Assembly (NCBI GenBank): GCA_029051735.1
Contig: JAIDKZ010000039.1
Location: forward strand, 1-58,854
DNA from: Anaeroplasmataceae bacterium
Lineage (GTDB): Bacteria > Bacillota_I > Bacilli_A > Acholeplasmatales > Anaeroplasmataceae
Reading direction: 5' to 3'
Length of the DNA stretch: 58,854 nucleotides
Position numbers and translations under genes: made by a program. The notes below the pieces were generated by a model, which ran no database searches, had not been told where the DNA came from, and saw only the letters and a program-made list of their open reading frames with translations. Positions 27,966 to 40,498 of the stretch are shown piece after piece (position 1 is the first letter of the stretch; each line of letters begins with the position of its first letter).

Positions 27966-30900
27966 ATGAATTACAAAAATGTGAATTATGGTAAAAAATC
28001 TGTTAGACGAAATTATTCTAAAATTCGTACAGAAGTAGAATTGCCTGATCTTATTGAAATTCAAACGAAATCCTTTGATTGGTTTGTTCAAGCAGGACTT
28101 GAAGAATTATTTAAAGATATTTCACCTATTACCTCCTTCAATGGTGATTTAAAATTGTTCTTTGGTGAGCATCATTTTGAAAATCCTAAATTTTCCATTG
28201 TGGATTGTAAACTAAGAGATGTCAATTATGCACGTCCTTTAAAAGTGAATGTTCGTTTGGAAAATGCCCAAACAGGAGAGGTTTTAGAGCAGGAGTTGTT
28301 TATGGGAGACATTCCATATATGACACCTGTTGGTACATTCATTATCAATGGTGCAGAACGTGTAATTATTAGTCAGATTGTTCGTTCTTCTGGTGTTTAC
28401 TATGCAAAAGAAATTGACAAAAAGACTGGTGATACGAAATTTACTGGTACAGTTATTCCTACACGTGGAGCTTGGATTGAGTATGAGATGGGATCTAAAA
28501 ATGTTTGGTATGGTAAATTAGATCGTTCTAAGAAGATACCTTTGACTACAGTTTTACGTTCTTATGGTTTGTCTACAAATGAGCAAATTGTTGATTTGTT
28601 TGGTGATAGTGAATATATGCAGGCTACTTTTGAAAAGGACACTACAACAAATTCAGAAGAGGCAGCAATTGAAGTTTATTCTAAATTACGTCAAGGTGAA
28701 AAGGTTCCTGTTGAGGGTGCGCGTGCTTTAATTGTTCAGCGTTTATTTGATGATAGAAGATATGATTTACAAAAGGTTGGTCGTTTTAAATATAATGCCA
28801 AACTTGATGTTTTACAAAGAGCAAAGGGATTAGAATTAGCTCAAGATGTTATTGCAAAAGAAGACATCATTGATGATCAGACTGGAGAACTTGTATTTGA
28901 AAAGGGAACTAAGATTGCTTCCTATGGAGATGTTATTCAAGGTGAGGTTTATAATCGTTTAAAGGCTGGTAGAGCAGCATATAGACAGAAGATTGATTTA
29001 GGAAACACATTATGTGAAGATCCTGAAAATGAAATCTTAATGGTAAATGTAGTAAGACATGATGAATCTCAAACTGTAAAGGTAATTGGTAATGATCAAA
29101 GAGAAACATGCCTACATATTACAATGTCTGATATCATTGCAACTGCAAGTTATTATTTGAATCTTTATCAAAATGTTGGTACTTTAGATGATATAGACCA
29201 TTTAGGAAATCGTCGTTTAAGATTGATTGGTGAATTATTGAAAAATCAGTTTAGAATTGGTTTTGCTAAATTAGAAAAGAATATTATTGACCGTATGTCT
29301 ACAGTAGAGGTTCATGAAGCAACTCCACAGAATTTGATTAATATTAAGCCACTTACTTCTTCATTAAAAGAATTCTTTGGTTCAAGTCAGTTATCTCAGT
29401 TTATGGATCAGATTAATCCACTTGCTGAAATTACACAAAAGCGTCGTATTTCAGCTTTAGGTACTGGTGGTATTGCTCGTGATCGAGCAGGTGTAGAAGT
29501 TCGTGATGTTCATAACTCTCACTATGGCCGTATGTGTCCTATTGAAACTCCAGAAGGTCCTTCAATTGGTTTGATTACTTCACTTGCAACCTATGCAAAG
29601 GTAAATGAATATGGTTTTATTGAAACACCATATTTTGTTGTTAAATTAGATAAAAATGGAAAAAAATATGTTTCTACAGAGCAGGTTTATCTTTCTGCTG
29701 ATAAAGAGGAAGGATTGGTTATTGCATCTGCATCTACTAAACTTGATGCAGAAGGACATATTATAGAAGAACGTGTTATTGGTCGTCGTAATGGTGAAAC
29801 AGAAATGGTGGATCCAGAAGAAGTAGACTACATGGATGTTTCTCCAAAACAAATCGTATCTGTTGCTGCTGCTTGTGTTCCTTTCCTTGAGCATGATGAT
29901 GCTACTCGTGCACTAATGGGTGCAAACATGCAACGTCAGGCAGTTCCTATTATTAATCCAGAAAGTCCTATTGTTGGTACTGGTATGGAATATAAGGCTG
30001 CTAAGGATAGTGGGTCTGCTTTAATTGCAACTATGCCAGGTATCGTTGAATATGTTGATGCTAAGAAAATTGTGATCAAAGAAGATAGCGGAGAGATGCA
30101 TAAATATGATTTATATCAGTTCTTGCGTTCTAACTCTGCAACAGCAATAATGCAGCGTCCAATTGTAAAGCCAGGGGAAAGAGTTGATCGTGGCGATATC
30201 ATTGCAGATGGTCAATCCATGAAAAATGGAGAACTAGCTTTAGGAAGAAATGTTCGTATTGCATTCATGACTTGGGAAGGATATAACTTCGAGGATGCTG
30301 TTATCATGAGTGAAAGAATGGTATATGATGATGTATACACTTCTATTCATATTGATGAATTTTCTGTTGAATGCCGAGATACGAAACTTGGTAAGGAAGA
30401 ATTCACTTACGAAATACCAAATGTAAAAGAAGAAACCAAGAAGAATCTTGATGAACGTGGTATTGTTATTCCTGGTACAGAGGTTAAGGAAGGAGATATC
30501 CTTGTTGGAAAAATTACGCCTAAGGGTGTTACTGATCCAACTCCAGAGGAAAGATTGCTTCTTGCCATTTTTGGTGAAAAGAGTAGAGATGTTCGTGATA
30601 CCTCATTACGTGTTCCGCATGGTGGTGGAGGTGTTGTTCAGTCTATTCAACATTTCTCAAAAGCTAAGGGCGATGATTTAGCTCCTGGTGTAAATGAAGT
30701 TGTTCGTATTTATATTGTTCAAAAGCGTAAGATTCAAGTTGGAGATAAGATGGCTGGTCGTCATGGTAATAAAGGTGTTATCTCTAATATTTTACCTTTA
30801 GAGGATATGCCATTTACAGCTGATGGAGAGCCTATTGACATTATGTTGAACCCTCAGGGTGTGCCTTCTCGTATGAATATCGGACAGGTATTAGAATTAC

Positions 30901-31481
30901 ATTTAGGTATTGCTGCTAAAAAACTTGGTATTAAGGTTGCTACTCCTGTATTTGATGGTGCATCCATTGAGGATATTGAGGCAATCATGGCTGAAGCTGG
31001 TATGAATAAAGATGGAAAAGAAGTTCTTTATGATGGAAGAACTGGTGAACCATTTGAAAATAAAATTACAGTAGGTATAATGTATTTCGTAAAACTAAGC
31101 CACATGGTTGATGATAAATTACATGCTCGTAATGTTGGTCCGTATACTTTAGTTACACAACAACCAATGGGTGGTAAGGCTCAAAATGGTGGTCAGCGTT
31201 TTGGTGAGATGGAGGTTTGGGCACTTGAAGCTTATGGTGCAGCAAACACATTGCGTGAAATGCTAACAGTTAAATCAGATGACTTAGTTGGTAGGGATCG
31301 TGTATTTGATGCGATTGTTGATGGAAAACCAATTCCAGAATCCTCAATTCCAGAATCTTTCAGAGTATTAACTCGTGAGTTGCAGGCTTTAGGTATTCAC
31401 GTGGAATTGATGAATGATAAGGATGAGAATGAAGTTAATCGTTCTATCGTTGATTTAAAAATAAGGGAAACAGTTCGATAA
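27966..31481 (+). CDS. rpoB: DNA-directed RNA polymerase beta subunit
   Basis: Full-length beta with hallmark segments ([69 protein letters not shown]). Confidence 0.99.
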   Translation: MNYKNVNYGKKSVRRNYSKIRTEVELPDLIEIQTKSFDWFVQAGLEELFKDISPITSFNGDLKLFFGEHHFENPKFSIVDCKLRDVNYARPLKVNVRLENAQTGEVLEQELFMGDIPYMTPVGTFIINGAERVIISQIVRSSGVYYAKEIDKKTGDTKFTGTVIPTRGAWIEYEMGSKNVWYGKLDRSKKIPLTTVLRSYGLSTNEQIVDLFGDSEYMQATFEKDTTTNSEEAAIEVYSKLRQGEKVPVEGARALIVQRLFDDRRYDLQKVGRFKYNAKLDVLQRAKGLELAQDVIAKEDIIDDQTGELVFEKGTKIASYGDVIQGEVYNRLKAGRAAYRQKIDLGNTLCEDPENEILMVNVVRHDESQTVKVIGNDQRETCLHITMSDIIATASYYLNLYQNVGTLDDIDHLGNRRLRLIGELLKNQFRIGFAKLEKNIIDRMSTVEVHEATPQNLINIKPLTSSLKEFFGSSQLSQFMDQINPLAEITQKRRISALGTGGIARDRAGVEVRDVHNSHYGRMCPIETPEGPSIGLITSLATYAKVNEYGFIETPYFVVKLDKNGKKYVSTEQVYLSADKEEGLVIASASTKLDAEGHIIEERVIGRRNGETEMVDPEEVDYMDVSPKQIVSVAAACVPFLEHDDATRALMGANMQRQAVPIINPESPIVGTGMEYKAAKDSGSALIATMPGIVEYVDAKKIVIKEDSGEMHKYDLYQFLRSNSATAIMQRPIVKPGERVDRGDIIADGQSMKNGELALGRNVRIAFMTWEGYNFEDAVIMSERMVYDDVYTSIHIDEFSVECRDTKLGKEEFTYEIPNVKEETKKNLDERGIVIPGTEVKEGDILVGKITPKGVTDPTPEERLLLAIFGEKSRDVRDTSLRVPHGGGGVVQSIQHFSKAKGDDLAPGVNEVVRIYIVQKRKIQVGDKMAGRHGNKGVISNILPLEDMPFTADGEPIDIMLNPQGVPSRMNIGQVLELHLGIAAKKLGIKVATPVFDGASIEDIEAIMAEAGMNKDGKEVLYDGRTGEPFENKITVGIMYFVKLSHMVDDKLHARNVGPYTLVTQQPMGGKAQNGGQRFGEMEVWALEAYGAANTLREMLTVKSDDLVGRDRVFDAIVDGKPIPESSIPESFRVLTRELQALGIHVELMNDKDENEVNRSIVDLKIRETVR

Positions 31482-31494
31482 TGGAGGGAATGCT

Positions 31495-34400
31495 ATGAGT
31501 ACACAATACAAATATATTAAAATTGGTTTAGCCTCTCCAGAAGAAATTTTATCATGGTCTCATGGTGAGGTATTAAAGCATGAAACAATTAATTATCGTA
31601 CTTTAAAGCCTGAACCAGATGGACTATTCTGTGAGAAGATTTTTGGTCCAATGAAGGACTATCAGTGTGCATGTGGAAAATCAAAGCGTAACACGGATAA
31701 AGGTAAAATCTGTGACAAATGTGGTGTAGAGATTACTGAATCTAAGGTTCGTAGAGAAAGATTAGGACATATTACTTTAGCAAGCCCAGTAGTTCATACT
31801 TGGTTCTTAAGAAATAGTACCTCTCCTCTTGCAACATTATTAGATATTAAAACAAAGGATTTAGAGGAAATTGTATATTTAGCTTCTTATATTGTTATTT
31901 CAGCAGATAAGGATACAGGATTAGTAAAAAAGCAAATTTTATCTGAAAGTGAATACTCAGTTAAGAGTGAACAATATCCTTCTAAATTTAAGGCTTTAAC
32001 TGGTGCAGAAGCAGTTAAAACTTTATTAAAAGAAATTGATTTAGAAAAAGAAGAAAAATTATTAAGAAAGAAACTAAAATCTTCTTCTAAACAAAGACGT
32101 GATCGAGTGATTAAACGTTTAGAGGTTGTAGAATCTTTCCTTCGTTCAGATAATAAACCTGAATGGATGATTTTAGAGGTATTACCAGTAATACCACCAG
32201 ATTTACGTCCAATGGTGCAATTAGAGGGAGGACGTTTTGCAACAACAGATTTAAATGATTTATATCGCCGTATTTTAAATCGTAACAATCGTTTAAAGAA
32301 GCAATTTGAACAAAATGCTCCTCATTTAATAACAAAGAATGAAAAGCGTATGCTTCAAGAAGCAGTAGATGCTTTAATTGATAATTCAAAACGTGGTAAA
32401 AAAGCAGTTGTTGAAAAGAATCATCATTTAAAGAGTTTATCTGACATGCTTCGTGGTAAGCAAGGACGCTTCCGTCAAAATTTACTTGGTAAACGTGTAG
32501 ATTATTCAGGACGTTCTGTTATTGTTGTTGGCCCATCTTTGAAAATGTATCAATGTGGTATTCCAAAAGAAATGGCTTTAACTTTATTTAAGCCATTCGT
32601 ATTAAGAGAATTAATTAAAGCAGGAAATAGTATTGCAGTTGCATCTAAGGCTTGTGATAACCAAGATGATAGCGTATGGTCTATTTTAGAAGAAGTTATC
32701 CGTGAGCATCCAGTATTATTAAACCGTGCACCTACACTTCACCGTTTAGGTATTCAGGCATTTGAGCCAGTACTAATTGAAGGTAAAGCGATTCGTTTGC
32801 ATCCATTAGTTTGTACACCTTTTAATGCAGACTTTGATGGTGACCAAATGGCTGTCCATGTTCCACTATCCTTAGAGGCACAAGCAGAGGCACGTTTACT
32901 AATGCTTGCTTCAAACAATATCTTGAACCCTAAAGATGGTAAACCAGTTGTTACTCCTTCTCAGGATATGATTTTAGGAAACTACTATTTAACTCTTGAA
33001 AGAGCTAATGAACCTAACGAAGGACATTTCTATAAAGATTTTAATGAAGCTTATATGGCTTATAAGAATGGTAACATATCTTTACATACTCGTATTTTTG
33101 TGGATCCTTCTTATTTGCCAGAAGAAAAATTTACAAATAGTAAGGGACATGGAAAATATCTATTTACTACACTTGGTAAAATGATTTTTAATAGTATTTT
33201 ACCAGATGAGTTCCCTTATTTAAATGAACCTACAGAAGATAACTTATGTGTAGCAACACCTAATCGTTATTTCTTAGATTCTAAAAACCCTAACAATACA
33301 TATGAAGCATTACTTGCTCATGAAGAAGTTTCTCCTTTTAAAAAGAAGAATATTGCAAGAATCATTGCAGAAGTATTTAAAAGATTCCATATTACAGAAA
33401 CTTCTAAAATGCTAGATCGAATTAAAGATTTAGGATTTAAATATTCAACAATTGCTGGATTGACAATTTCAGCTGCTGATGTTCTTGATTATAGAGGTAA
33501 GCAAACTCGTATTGCAGAAGCTGATAAAAAGATTGACCAAATTACTATGATGTATGAATTAGGTCAATTGACAAATAAAGAACGTAAAAAGTTAGTTGAA
33601 AAGGAATGGGGAGATGCTCGTAATGAAATTCAAGAAGGATTGTGGGCAGAGCTTTCTAAGCAAAAAGATAACCATATCTTCATGATGGCTGACTCAGGAT
33701 CTCGTGGTAATGCATCTAACTTTGCTCAGCTTGCTGGTATGCGTGGATTAATGGCCAATACAGCTGGTGAAACAATAGAGGTTCCAGTAAAAGCAAATTT
33801 CCGTGAAGGTTTGACAGTATCTGAATTCTTTATTTCTACCCATGGTTCTCGTAAGGGATCTACAGATACAGCATTAAAAACAGCAGAATCAGGATATTTG
33901 ACACGTCGTTTGGTTGATGTTTCTCAAGATGTCATTATTTCTACTGTAGATTGTAAAACTGAAAAAGGAATGTATGTTGAAGATATTATTGATGATGGTG
34001 GCAAAGTTGTTGTAACTGTAGCTGATCGTGTAATTGGACGTTTTGCAGCAAAGGATTTGATTCATCCAGAAACTGGTGAAATTATTACTAGAAGAAATGA
34101 ATTATTTACTGAGGAAACAGCAGCTATTATTGCAGATGCAGGAATTAAACAAGTATGTATTCGAACAAATTTAACCTGTGATGCAAAATCTGGTGTATGT
34201 ATGATGTGTTATGGCCGTAACCTTGCTACAAACAAAGTTGTTGAAGTTGGAGAAGCAGTTGGTACTGTAGCTGCACAATCCATTGGTGAACCAGGTACTC
34301 AGTTAACCATGCGTACTTTCCATACAGGTGGTGTTGCATCTGCTGCTGATATTACTCAAGGTCTTCCACGTGTTCAGGAGTTATTTGAAGCACGTAAGCC

Positions 34401-35220
34401 TAAAGGTAAAGCAACCATTTCTGAAATAGATGGTGTTGTTCAAAGTATAGAAAAAACGAAGAATGGTCTTGCAGTTTCTATCAAGAATGAAACAGAAGAA
34501 AAGACATACACTGTTGATGCTACTTCTGAATTATTAATTAAGGTTGGAAGTCAAATTCAACGTGGTGATAAGTTGATGAAGGGCTCTATACATCCTAAAG
34601 AACTTCTACGCATTAAAGATGCAGAAGCTGTTCAAAAATATATCGTTGAAGAAGTACAAAAGGTTTATCGTTCTCAGTCTGTTGAAATTTCTGATAAACA
34701 TATTGAGATTATTGTTAGACAAATGATGCGTAAATTAATTGTTGTACAAGAAGGCGATACAACTTTACTTCCAGGAAGAGATGTATCTGTAAATGAGTAT
34801 TGCGATGCAGTTGCAGAAGTTATTGCGAATGGAGGAAAATTGCCTGTTGCTAAGCAGCTTTTATTGGGTATTACAAAAGCAGCTCTTGCTTGTCAATCTT
34901 TCTTGTCTGCATGTTCTTTCCAGGAAACAACAAGAATATTAACTCAAGCTGCAATCCAATCTAAAACAGATAATTTAGTAGGTCTAAAGGAAAATGTTAT
35001 TATTGGTGGATTGATTCCTGCTGGTACAGGAGTACTATTAGAGGATGAATTTGAATGTGAACATCGTCCTGAAGAAAATATTTATCAAGAAATCAATGAT
35101 TCTTTTGAGGAGGATGAATCAGAAGATGATTTTGAAGATGATGAAGAATTTGATGGTGATGATATGACTGATGAGTTTGATGAAAATTCAGATTCATATT
35201 CTGTAGAAGAGGAAGAATAA
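31495..35220 (+). CDS. rpoC: DNA-directed RNA polymerase beta-prime subunit with an acidic C-terminal tail
   Basis: Zn-finger CACGK...[17 protein letters not shown] catalytic motif, bridge helix and trigger loop segments. The last 60 aa or so are D/E-rich. Confidence 0.99.
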   Translation: MSTQYKYIKIGLASPEEILSWSHGEVLKHETINYRTLKPEPDGLFCEKIFGPMKDYQCACGKSKRNTDKGKICDKCGVEITESKVRRERLGHITLASPVVHTWFLRNSTSPLATLLDIKTKDLEEIVYLASYIVISADKDTGLVKKQILSESEYSVKSEQYPSKFKALTGAEAVKTLLKEIDLEKEEKLLRKKLKSSSKQRRDRVIKRLEVVESFLRSDNKPEWMILEVLPVIPPDLRPMVQLEGGRFATTDLNDLYRRILNRNNRLKKQFEQNAPHLITKNEKRMLQEAVDALIDNSKRGKKAVVEKNHHLKSLSDMLRGKQGRFRQNLLGKRVDYSGRSVIVVGPSLKMYQCGIPKEMALTLFKPFVLRELIKAGNSIAVASKACDNQDDSVWSILEEVIREHPVLLNRAPTLHRLGIQAFEPVLIEGKAIRLHPLVCTPFNADFDGDQMAVHVPLSLEAQAEARLLMLASNNILNPKDGKPVVTPSQDMILGNYYLTLERANEPNEGHFYKDFNEAYMAYKNGNISLHTRIFVDPSYLPEEKFTNSKGHGKYLFTTLGKMIFNSILPDEFPYLNEPTEDNLCVATPNRYFLDSKNPNNTYEALLAHEEVSPFKKKNIARIIAEVFKRFHITETSKMLDRIKDLGFKYSTIAGLTISAADVLDYRGKQTRIAEADKKIDQITMMYELGQLTNKERKKLVEKEWGDARNEIQEGLWAELSKQKDNHIFMMADSGSRGNASNFAQLAGMRGLMANTAGETIEVPVKANFREGLTVSEFFISTHGSRKGSTDTALKTAESGYLTRRLVDVSQDVIISTVDCKTEKGMYVEDIIDDGGKVVVTVADRVIGRFAAKDLIHPETGEIITRRNELFTEETAAIIADAGIKQVCIRTNLTCDAKSGVCMMCYGRNLATNKVVEVGEAVGTVAAQSIGEPGTQLTMRTFHTGGVASAADITQGLPRVQELFEARKPKGKATISEIDGVVQSIEKTKNGLAVSIKNETEEKTYTVDATSELLIKVGSQIQRGDKLMKGSIHPKELLRIKDAEAVQKYIVEEVQKVYRSQSVEISDKHIEIIVRQMMRKLIVVQEGDTTLLPGRDVSVNEYCDAVAEVIANGGKLPVAKQLLLGITKAALACQSFLSACSFQETTRILTQAAIQSKTDNLVGLKENVIIGGLIPAGTGVLLEDEFECEHRPEENIYQEINDSFEEDESEDDFEDDEEFDGDDMTDEFDENSDSYSVEEEE

Positions 35221-35227
35221 AACAGAT

Positions 35228-35266
35228 AAGCTTATCCTAAGGTATAGCCAAAGGATAAGCTTTTTT
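35228..35266 (+). terminator. Intrinsic terminator after rpoC
   Basis: 10-bp stem aagcttatcc (35228-35237) / ggataagctt (35253-35262), 15-nt loop, T-run. Confidence 0.8.
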
Positions 35267-35292
35267 GTTATTTTGGTGGTTAATTGTTTTTC

Positions 35293-35321
35293 TTGACATT
35301 TTATGTTTTGTTTTCTATAAT
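35293..35321 (+). promoter_or_regulatory. Consensus sigma-A promoter of the LtaS-family gene
   Basis: TTGACA (35293-35298), 17 nt, TATAAT (35316-35321). Confidence 0.75.
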
Positions 35322-35371
35322 GTACAATGGATTTATATGAATTCATAGATGAATGTATTGAGGTGAATGAA

Positions 35372-37351
35372 TTGAAAAAGCATATATTTTTATGGATATC
35401 TATCATATATTTTGTATTAAATCTTTTAAATACTTTATTTCTGACAGCAAATGGTTTAAATCAATATGTAATTCCATTTAATTTAACTTTTGGATCTTTA
35501 GTATTTTCATTTTTAGGAAATTTTGCTATTTTAGGAATATTTTATTTGATTGGTATTATTTGTATTAAAAGAGAAAAATGGATAACTGTTTATTTATTGT
35601 CAATTACATTACTTCTAAATGTAGCAATTATTGTTTTACAGTATTATATAAAAAATTATAAATTAGCTTTCTCAATATTTAATTTTAGCTTGATTAAGAA
35701 CCCAACAGGTGGATTTGGAAAAAATGTTTTTTTAGATTGGGTATTTGAATTGTTTATCAATTATAGAATCATTTGTATCATTCCATTTGTTGTTTTACTC
35801 ATTTGCTTTATAGTAAACCGAAAGGGATTTATTAAGGAAAAATGCAGTATTTCTTGGAAAAAAGTATTTTGTATGTTTATTTTATTGATTGGTTTTTCAA
35901 TAAGTTCTTATTCTTATTATCGTTCTTCTTTAAAGAAAAATTGGCAATATTCTACTGAATATGCACAATATGGATGTCAATATGCAGGCGTATATAATTA
36001 CTATGTTGGAGAATTTGTTTTCCACATTGATAATCGTATTTTAACTCCAGAACAAGATGATAAGGATATAGAAGAATATAATAAAAACAAAGAATCCTAT
36101 GTAAATGTAATGGATGGAAAAACTTATTCCAATAAAGATAATCAAACAGGAATTTTAAAAGGAAAGAATTTATATGTCATTCAAATGGAATCAACAATGT
36201 CATTTTGTTTTGAACATAGCTATAATGGTATTGAAGTTACTCCTTACTTAAATTCATTGTTTCAAAAAGAGAATTGTTTTTATTTTGACCATGTATATAC
36301 AACTGTAGGTGTTGGAAATACTTCAGATGCAGAATTTTCATTTTTTACAGGACTATATCCAACTGGAGATATGACTATTGTTTGGGAATGGGAAGAATAT
36401 GATTTTGAGTTATTAACACTAGGAAATTATTTTAAAGATTATAAAACCTATTCCTATAACGGCACAAATGAAAGTTTTTATAATCATAATAATTTTCATG
36501 AGAGTGCTTATGGTATTGATAATTTTAGAGGCTTAGAAACTTTTGAAACAGAATACCCAAGAGAGAAATATCCTGAAAAGTATTTGGGATACTGGATTAG
36601 TGATTCTGAAATTTTAAAATGGGCAGCTCAAACTGCAAAGCAAGAACATCAAAATGGATACAATTCGTTTTCTTTCGTTGAAACAATAACTCCCCACAAC
36701 CCTTTTTATGATTTATCTGCTGCTTTGCCAGGATATATAAAAGATGATTTTGATTTAGGTATGACTTATTATCAATTAGAAAATTATATCAATCAGGTAA
36801 AGTATGATGATAAACTTTTATATGATTTTTTAATGGATGCAAGTAACCCAAATAGTGAAAATTATCTTGAGAATACAGTTTTCATTTTATATGGAGATCA
36901 TGGAAATGGATTATCAAAAGGCGCTTATGAATCTTTATTCAAACGTAAGTTGACTGCATTAGAATATCGTCAATTGCTTTTGAATATTCCAGTTATATTT
37001 TATGATCCAACAGGTACAATTGAAGCATCTACTAAAGGAATGGATCCTAATATTCTTTCAATGACAAAATCAAATACAGATCTACATCGTACAGTTGTAA
37101 ATTTATTTGGTTTTGAAGAGACTTATCCATACTATGGAGTAAATATGTTTAGTGGAGAACCTTCTTATTCTTATGATCCTAAAAACTTTGATATCATTAC
37201 AGATGATTTTATTTACAATGCAAAGAATGAAGAATTTTCACTCTTTAAAGCAGCCACATTAAATATGGATATTGTTAATCATATTTGTGAAAAAAGAAAG
37301 GTATTAGACGGATACTTAAATCAGTTGGTTTATACAAAAGAAAAAAAATAA
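35372..37351 (+). CDS. LTA synthase family protein (polytopic membrane anchor plus extracellular sulfatase-like domain)
   Basis: Five N-terminal TM helices, then MESTMSF...VGNTSDAEFSFFTGLYP...GDHG typical of LtaS/phosphoglycerol transferases. I prefer the TTG start at 35372 (GAGGTGA 6 nt upstream, MKKH... N-terminus). The ORF-track ATG at 35327 lies only 6 nt after the -10 box. Confidence 0.85.
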   Translation: MKKHIFLWISIIYFVLNLLNTLFLTANGLNQYVIPFNLTFGSLVFSFLGNFAILGIFYLIGIICIKREKWITVYLLSITLLLNVAIIVLQYYIKNYKLAFSIFNFSLIKNPTGGFGKNVFLDWVFELFINYRIICIIPFVVLLICFIVNRKGFIKEKCSISWKKVFCMFILLIGFSISSYSYYRSSLKKNWQYSTEYAQYGCQYAGVYNYYVGEFVFHIDNRILTPEQDDKDIEEYNKNKESYVNVMDGKTYSNKDNQTGILKGKNLYVIQMESTMSFCFEHSYNGIEVTPYLNSLFQKENCFYFDHVYTTVGVGNTSDAEFSFFTGLYPTGDMTIVWEWEEYDFELLTLGNYFKDYKTYSYNGTNESFYNHNNFHESAYGIDNFRGLETFETEYPREKYPEKYLGYWISDSEILKWAAQTAKQEHQNGYNSFSFVETITPHNPFYDLSAALPGYIKDDFDLGMTYYQLENYINQVKYDDKLLYDFLMDASNPNSENYLENTVFILYGDHGNGLSKGAYESLFKRKLTALEYRQLLLNIPVIFYDPTGTIEASTKGMDPNILSMTKSNTDLHRTVVNLFGFEETYPYYGVNMFSGEPSYSYDPKNFDIITDDFIYNAKNEEFSLFKAATLNMDIVNHICEKRKVLDGYLNQLVYTKEKK

Positions 37352-37359
37352 AGAAATTT

Positions 37360-37384
37360 AGCATACGATTGTATGCTTTTTTTC
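37360..37384 (+). terminator. Intrinsic terminator
   Basis: Stem agcatac / gtatgct, loop gatt, T8 run. Confidence 0.7.
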
Positions 37385-37462
37385 TTAGAATTGTCTTTAA
37401 TCTTTCTTGTGTTTCTTCTTATTTAGTTGTATAATTATATGAAATAAAGAAAGGAATATTAT

Positions 37463-40348
37463 ATGAAAAATTATACAAAAATAATAACGAAGTATATTGA
37501 TGATATACACTCTAATGTTACAATTTATAGTCATAATAAAACAAAGGCTAGAATTTGTACTATTGAAAATGATGATAACAATAAAGTTTTTTCAATTGCT
37601 TTTAGAACGCCACCTATTAATAATGGAGGACTTACACACATTTTAGAGCATTCTGTACTATGTGGATCAAAGAACTTTCCAGTTAAGGATCCATTTGTAG
37701 AATTGTTAAAAAGTTCATTAAATACTTTTTTAAATGCTTTTACATTCCCAGATAAAACAATGTATCCTTGTGCAAGTCAAAATGAACAAGATTTTAAAAA
37801 TTTAATGCATGTCTATATGGATGCAGTATTTTATCCACAAATTTATAGTCATGAAGAGATATTTATGCAAGAAGGATGGCATCATCATATTTTAGATGAA
37901 AATGATCCAATTGTGTATAATGGTGTTGTATACAATGAAATGAAAGGAGCATTTTCTGATCCACAACAAATTTTATTTAGAAACCTAATGCATTCTTTAT
38001 ACCCAGATACTGCTTATGGATATGAATCTGGTGGAGATCCTGATTATATTCCTGATTTAACTTATGATGAATTTAAGAATTTCCATTCTAAATTTTATCA
38101 TCCAACAAATTCTTATATCTTTTTATATGGAAATTGTGATATGGAAGAAAGAATGAATTGGTTAGATGAAGCATACTTATCCAAATTTGAAAAAATTGAA
38201 TTTAATACAGAAATTAAATATCAAACGCCTTTTAAAGCGCCAATTTCTCAAACTGGTTACTATCCAGTAGCAAAAGAAGTACCGCTAGAAAATAAGACAT
38301 TCCTATCCTATAATGTGGCTTTTCCTTCAACTTTAGATACTAAGCTTATGATAGCAACTGGTATTTTAGTTGATGTATTATTAAATAATTTAGGAGCTCC
38401 TTTAAAACAAGCTTTGATTGATGCGAAGTTAGGTGCTGATGTTATGGCTGCGTTTGATGATGGATTATTACAGCCTCTTTTAGGAATTGTCGTAATAAAT
38501 TCTAATGAAAATAGAGAAAAAGAATTTATTCAGTTGATTGATGAAAAACTAAAGGAAATTTTAGATAAGGGATTAGATCATGATGCTTTACGCTCTTTAA
38601 TAAACTATAATGAATTTAAGGTAAGAGAAGGAAAATTCAGTTATATGCCTAAAGGTTTAGAAATTGAAATGACTTGCTTAAATTCTTGGTTATATAGTGA
38701 GGATTTACCTTTTGCAAAATTAGAGAATTTAAAGTATTATGAAGAATTAAGAAAAGACTTAGACAATGGTTATTTTGAAAAAATTATTACAGATTATATT
38801 TTGAACAATCCACATAAATCCTTTGTGAAACTTGTACCATCTTATACAATAGCTGAAGAAAAAGAAGCAAAACTACAAAAGAAACTAAAAGATTATAAAG
38901 CATCTTTATCTAAAGATGAATTATTGAAATTAATTGAAAAGAATAAGAATTTACAAGTTTATCAGTCTACTCCTTCTACTAAGGAAGAAATTGCTACTTT
39001 ACCTGTTTTAGAGTTGAAAGATTTAAATCCAAAACCTGAAAAATTACATTGTGAAGCAAAAGAAGGAAAGTACGTATCATTATTTAGTGATTATCATACA
39101 AATGGAATTGACTATGTTCAGTATACTTTTGATATTTCTGGTATAGGAGAAGACCGTATAAAATATGTACAATTGCTTTGTGATTTGTTGGGAAGTCTTT
39201 CTACTGAAAAGAGAAGTTTTGTTGAAATTAGTCAGTTTATTCAAAATCATAGTGGTGGATTACAATTCAAAGTAGCCACTTCTAGAACAATAGAGGGTGA
39301 AACTAAAGTTCGTGTTAGTTGTTCATTTAGTGCTTTAGAGGAAAAATTAAAGTTGGTTTCAGATTTGGCCTTAGAAATTATTCACCAAACAAAGTTTAGT
39401 GATGGGAAGCGTTTGTTTGAACGATTGAGTGAATTAAATGCTGGACTAGAAATGAGTGTTGCAAATCGTGGACATGTGGTAAGTTTAAATCGTGCTACTT
39501 CATATTTTGATGAGGCTGCAAGATTAAATGATGCAATAACAGGTATTGCATACATTGATTTTATAAAAGATTTCTATCAAAATTATGAAAGCAAGAAAGA
39601 TGAAGTTCTTTTAGAATTGAATTGTTTGATTCAAGATATATTTGTTAAGAATCGCTTTATGCTTCGATTTACAGGGAATTTAGAAGCATTCCAAAAAGCT
39701 ACTACTGTAAATGAGGCTTTCTATGAGGCTTTATCAGATAAAAAATCTGAATTTAAATCTAACTTTAAAATGAATTTATTAGAAGAAGGATTTAAAACCC
39801 AGTTTGATGTTAACTTTGTTGCAAGAAGTGGAAAATACACTGCACCATTTACAGGAGCAATGTATGTTTTAAAGAATGCATTAAGTTTAGATTATTTGTG
39901 GATGCAAGTACGTGTTCATGGTGGGGCATATGGTTGTATGATTAATACACCTATAGCAGGAGGCATTATTGGTTTTACTTCTTATCGTGATCCTAATATT
40001 GTAAGAACAGATTCTGTTTATAAAGATGTTATTCAATATATTAAGAATTTCAATCCAAGTGAAGAATCTTTATTGAAATATAAGATTGGAGCAATAGGAG
40101 AACTTGATCCAGTACTTCATGTAAGTGATAAGGGAATTGAAGCACAAAATCAATATTTAAATGGTAATACTTATGAATTCCAATGTAAACTTCGCAAGGA
40201 ATTATTAAATGCTACTAAAGAAGATTTGGTAGGATTGGCATCTTGTTTTGAAGAGGCTTTGCATAATTCAGGTTTATGTGTTATTGGAAATGCGAATAAA
40301 ATAGAAGAAAATTCTAAAGAATTTAAGAATATTAGAAATTTAAATTAA
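37463..40348 (+). CDS. M16C (insulinase/PreP-like) zinc metallopeptidase
   Basis: Inverted zinc motif HILEH (GGLTHILEHSVLCGS) with downstream E (YNEMKG). The length of about 960 aa is typical of the PreP/M16C subgroup. Confidence 0.92.
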   Translation: MKNYTKIITKYIDDIHSNVTIYSHNKTKARICTIENDDNNKVFSIAFRTPPINNGGLTHILEHSVLCGSKNFPVKDPFVELLKSSLNTFLNAFTFPDKTMYPCASQNEQDFKNLMHVYMDAVFYPQIYSHEEIFMQEGWHHHILDENDPIVYNGVVYNEMKGAFSDPQQILFRNLMHSLYPDTAYGYESGGDPDYIPDLTYDEFKNFHSKFYHPTNSYIFLYGNCDMEERMNWLDEAYLSKFEKIEFNTEIKYQTPFKAPISQTGYYPVAKEVPLENKTFLSYNVAFPSTLDTKLMIATGILVDVLLNNLGAPLKQALIDAKLGADVMAAFDDGLLQPLLGIVVINSNENREKEFIQLIDEKLKEILDKGLDHDALRSLINYNEFKVREGKFSYMPKGLEIEMTCLNSWLYSEDLPFAKLENLKYYEELRKDLDNGYFEKIITDYILNNPHKSFVKLVPSYTIAEEKEAKLQKKLKDYKASLSKDELLKLIEKNKNLQVYQSTPSTKEEIATLPVLELKDLNPKPEKLHCEAKEGKYVSLFSDYHTNGIDYVQYTFDISGIGEDRIKYVQLLCDLLGSLSTEKRSFVEISQFIQNHSGGLQFKVATSRTIEGETKVRVSCSFSALEEKLKLVSDLALEIIHQTKFSDGKRLFERLSELNAGLEMSVANRGHVVSLNRATSYFDEAARLNDAITGIAYIDFIKDFYQNYESKKDEVLLELNCLIQDIFVKNRFMLRFTGNLEAFQKATTVNEAFYEALSDKKSEFKSNFKMNLLEEGFKTQFDVNFVARSGKYTAPFTGAMYVLKNALSLDYLWMQVRVHGGAYGCMINTPIAGGIIGFTSYRDPNIVRTDSVYKDVIQYIKNFNPSEESLLKYKIGAIGELDPVLHVSDKGIEAQNQYLNGNTYEFQCKLRKELLNATKEDLVGLASCFEEALHNSGLCVIGNANKIEENSKEFKNIRNLN

Positions 40349-40354
40349 AAATTT

Positions 40355-40386
40355 AGTCACTGATACTTTGTCAGTGACTTTTTTTG
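40355..40386 (+). terminator. Intrinsic terminator
   Basis: 9-bp stem agtcactga (40355-40363) / tcagtgact (40371-40379), then T7. Confidence 0.8.
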
Positions 40387-40469
40387 CTTAAAATTGGAAA
40401 TTATAAATAAATATTTATACTTTTGTCGAAAAATATCTTAAGTTGGTCATATTTTTACTCTTTAAACCA

Positions 40470-40498
40470 TTGACAACCATAGGTTAGCATGGTATACT
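40470..40498 (+). promoter_or_regulatory. Near-consensus sigma-A promoter of the giant-lipoprotein island
   Basis: TTGACA (40470-40475), 17 nt, TGgTATACT (extended -10; hexamer 40493-40498). It lies inside the 5' extension of the ORF-track call, which argues for the start at 40570. Confidence 0.75.

Noticed and set aside
27828-28091. 87-aa minus-strand ORF covering the rpoB leader and start.
   Set aside because: It would run antisense into the rpoB promoter-leader and has no RBS or recognisable motif. The region is better explained as the rpoB 5' UTR plus the rpoB N-terminus.
31887-32389. Two antisense ORFs (133 and 92 aa) inside rpoC.
   Set aside because: They overlap one of the most conserved genes known and have low-complexity, Ser/Leu/Lys-rich translations with no RBS. 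This is typical of chance ORFs on the opposite strand of AT-rich coding DNA.
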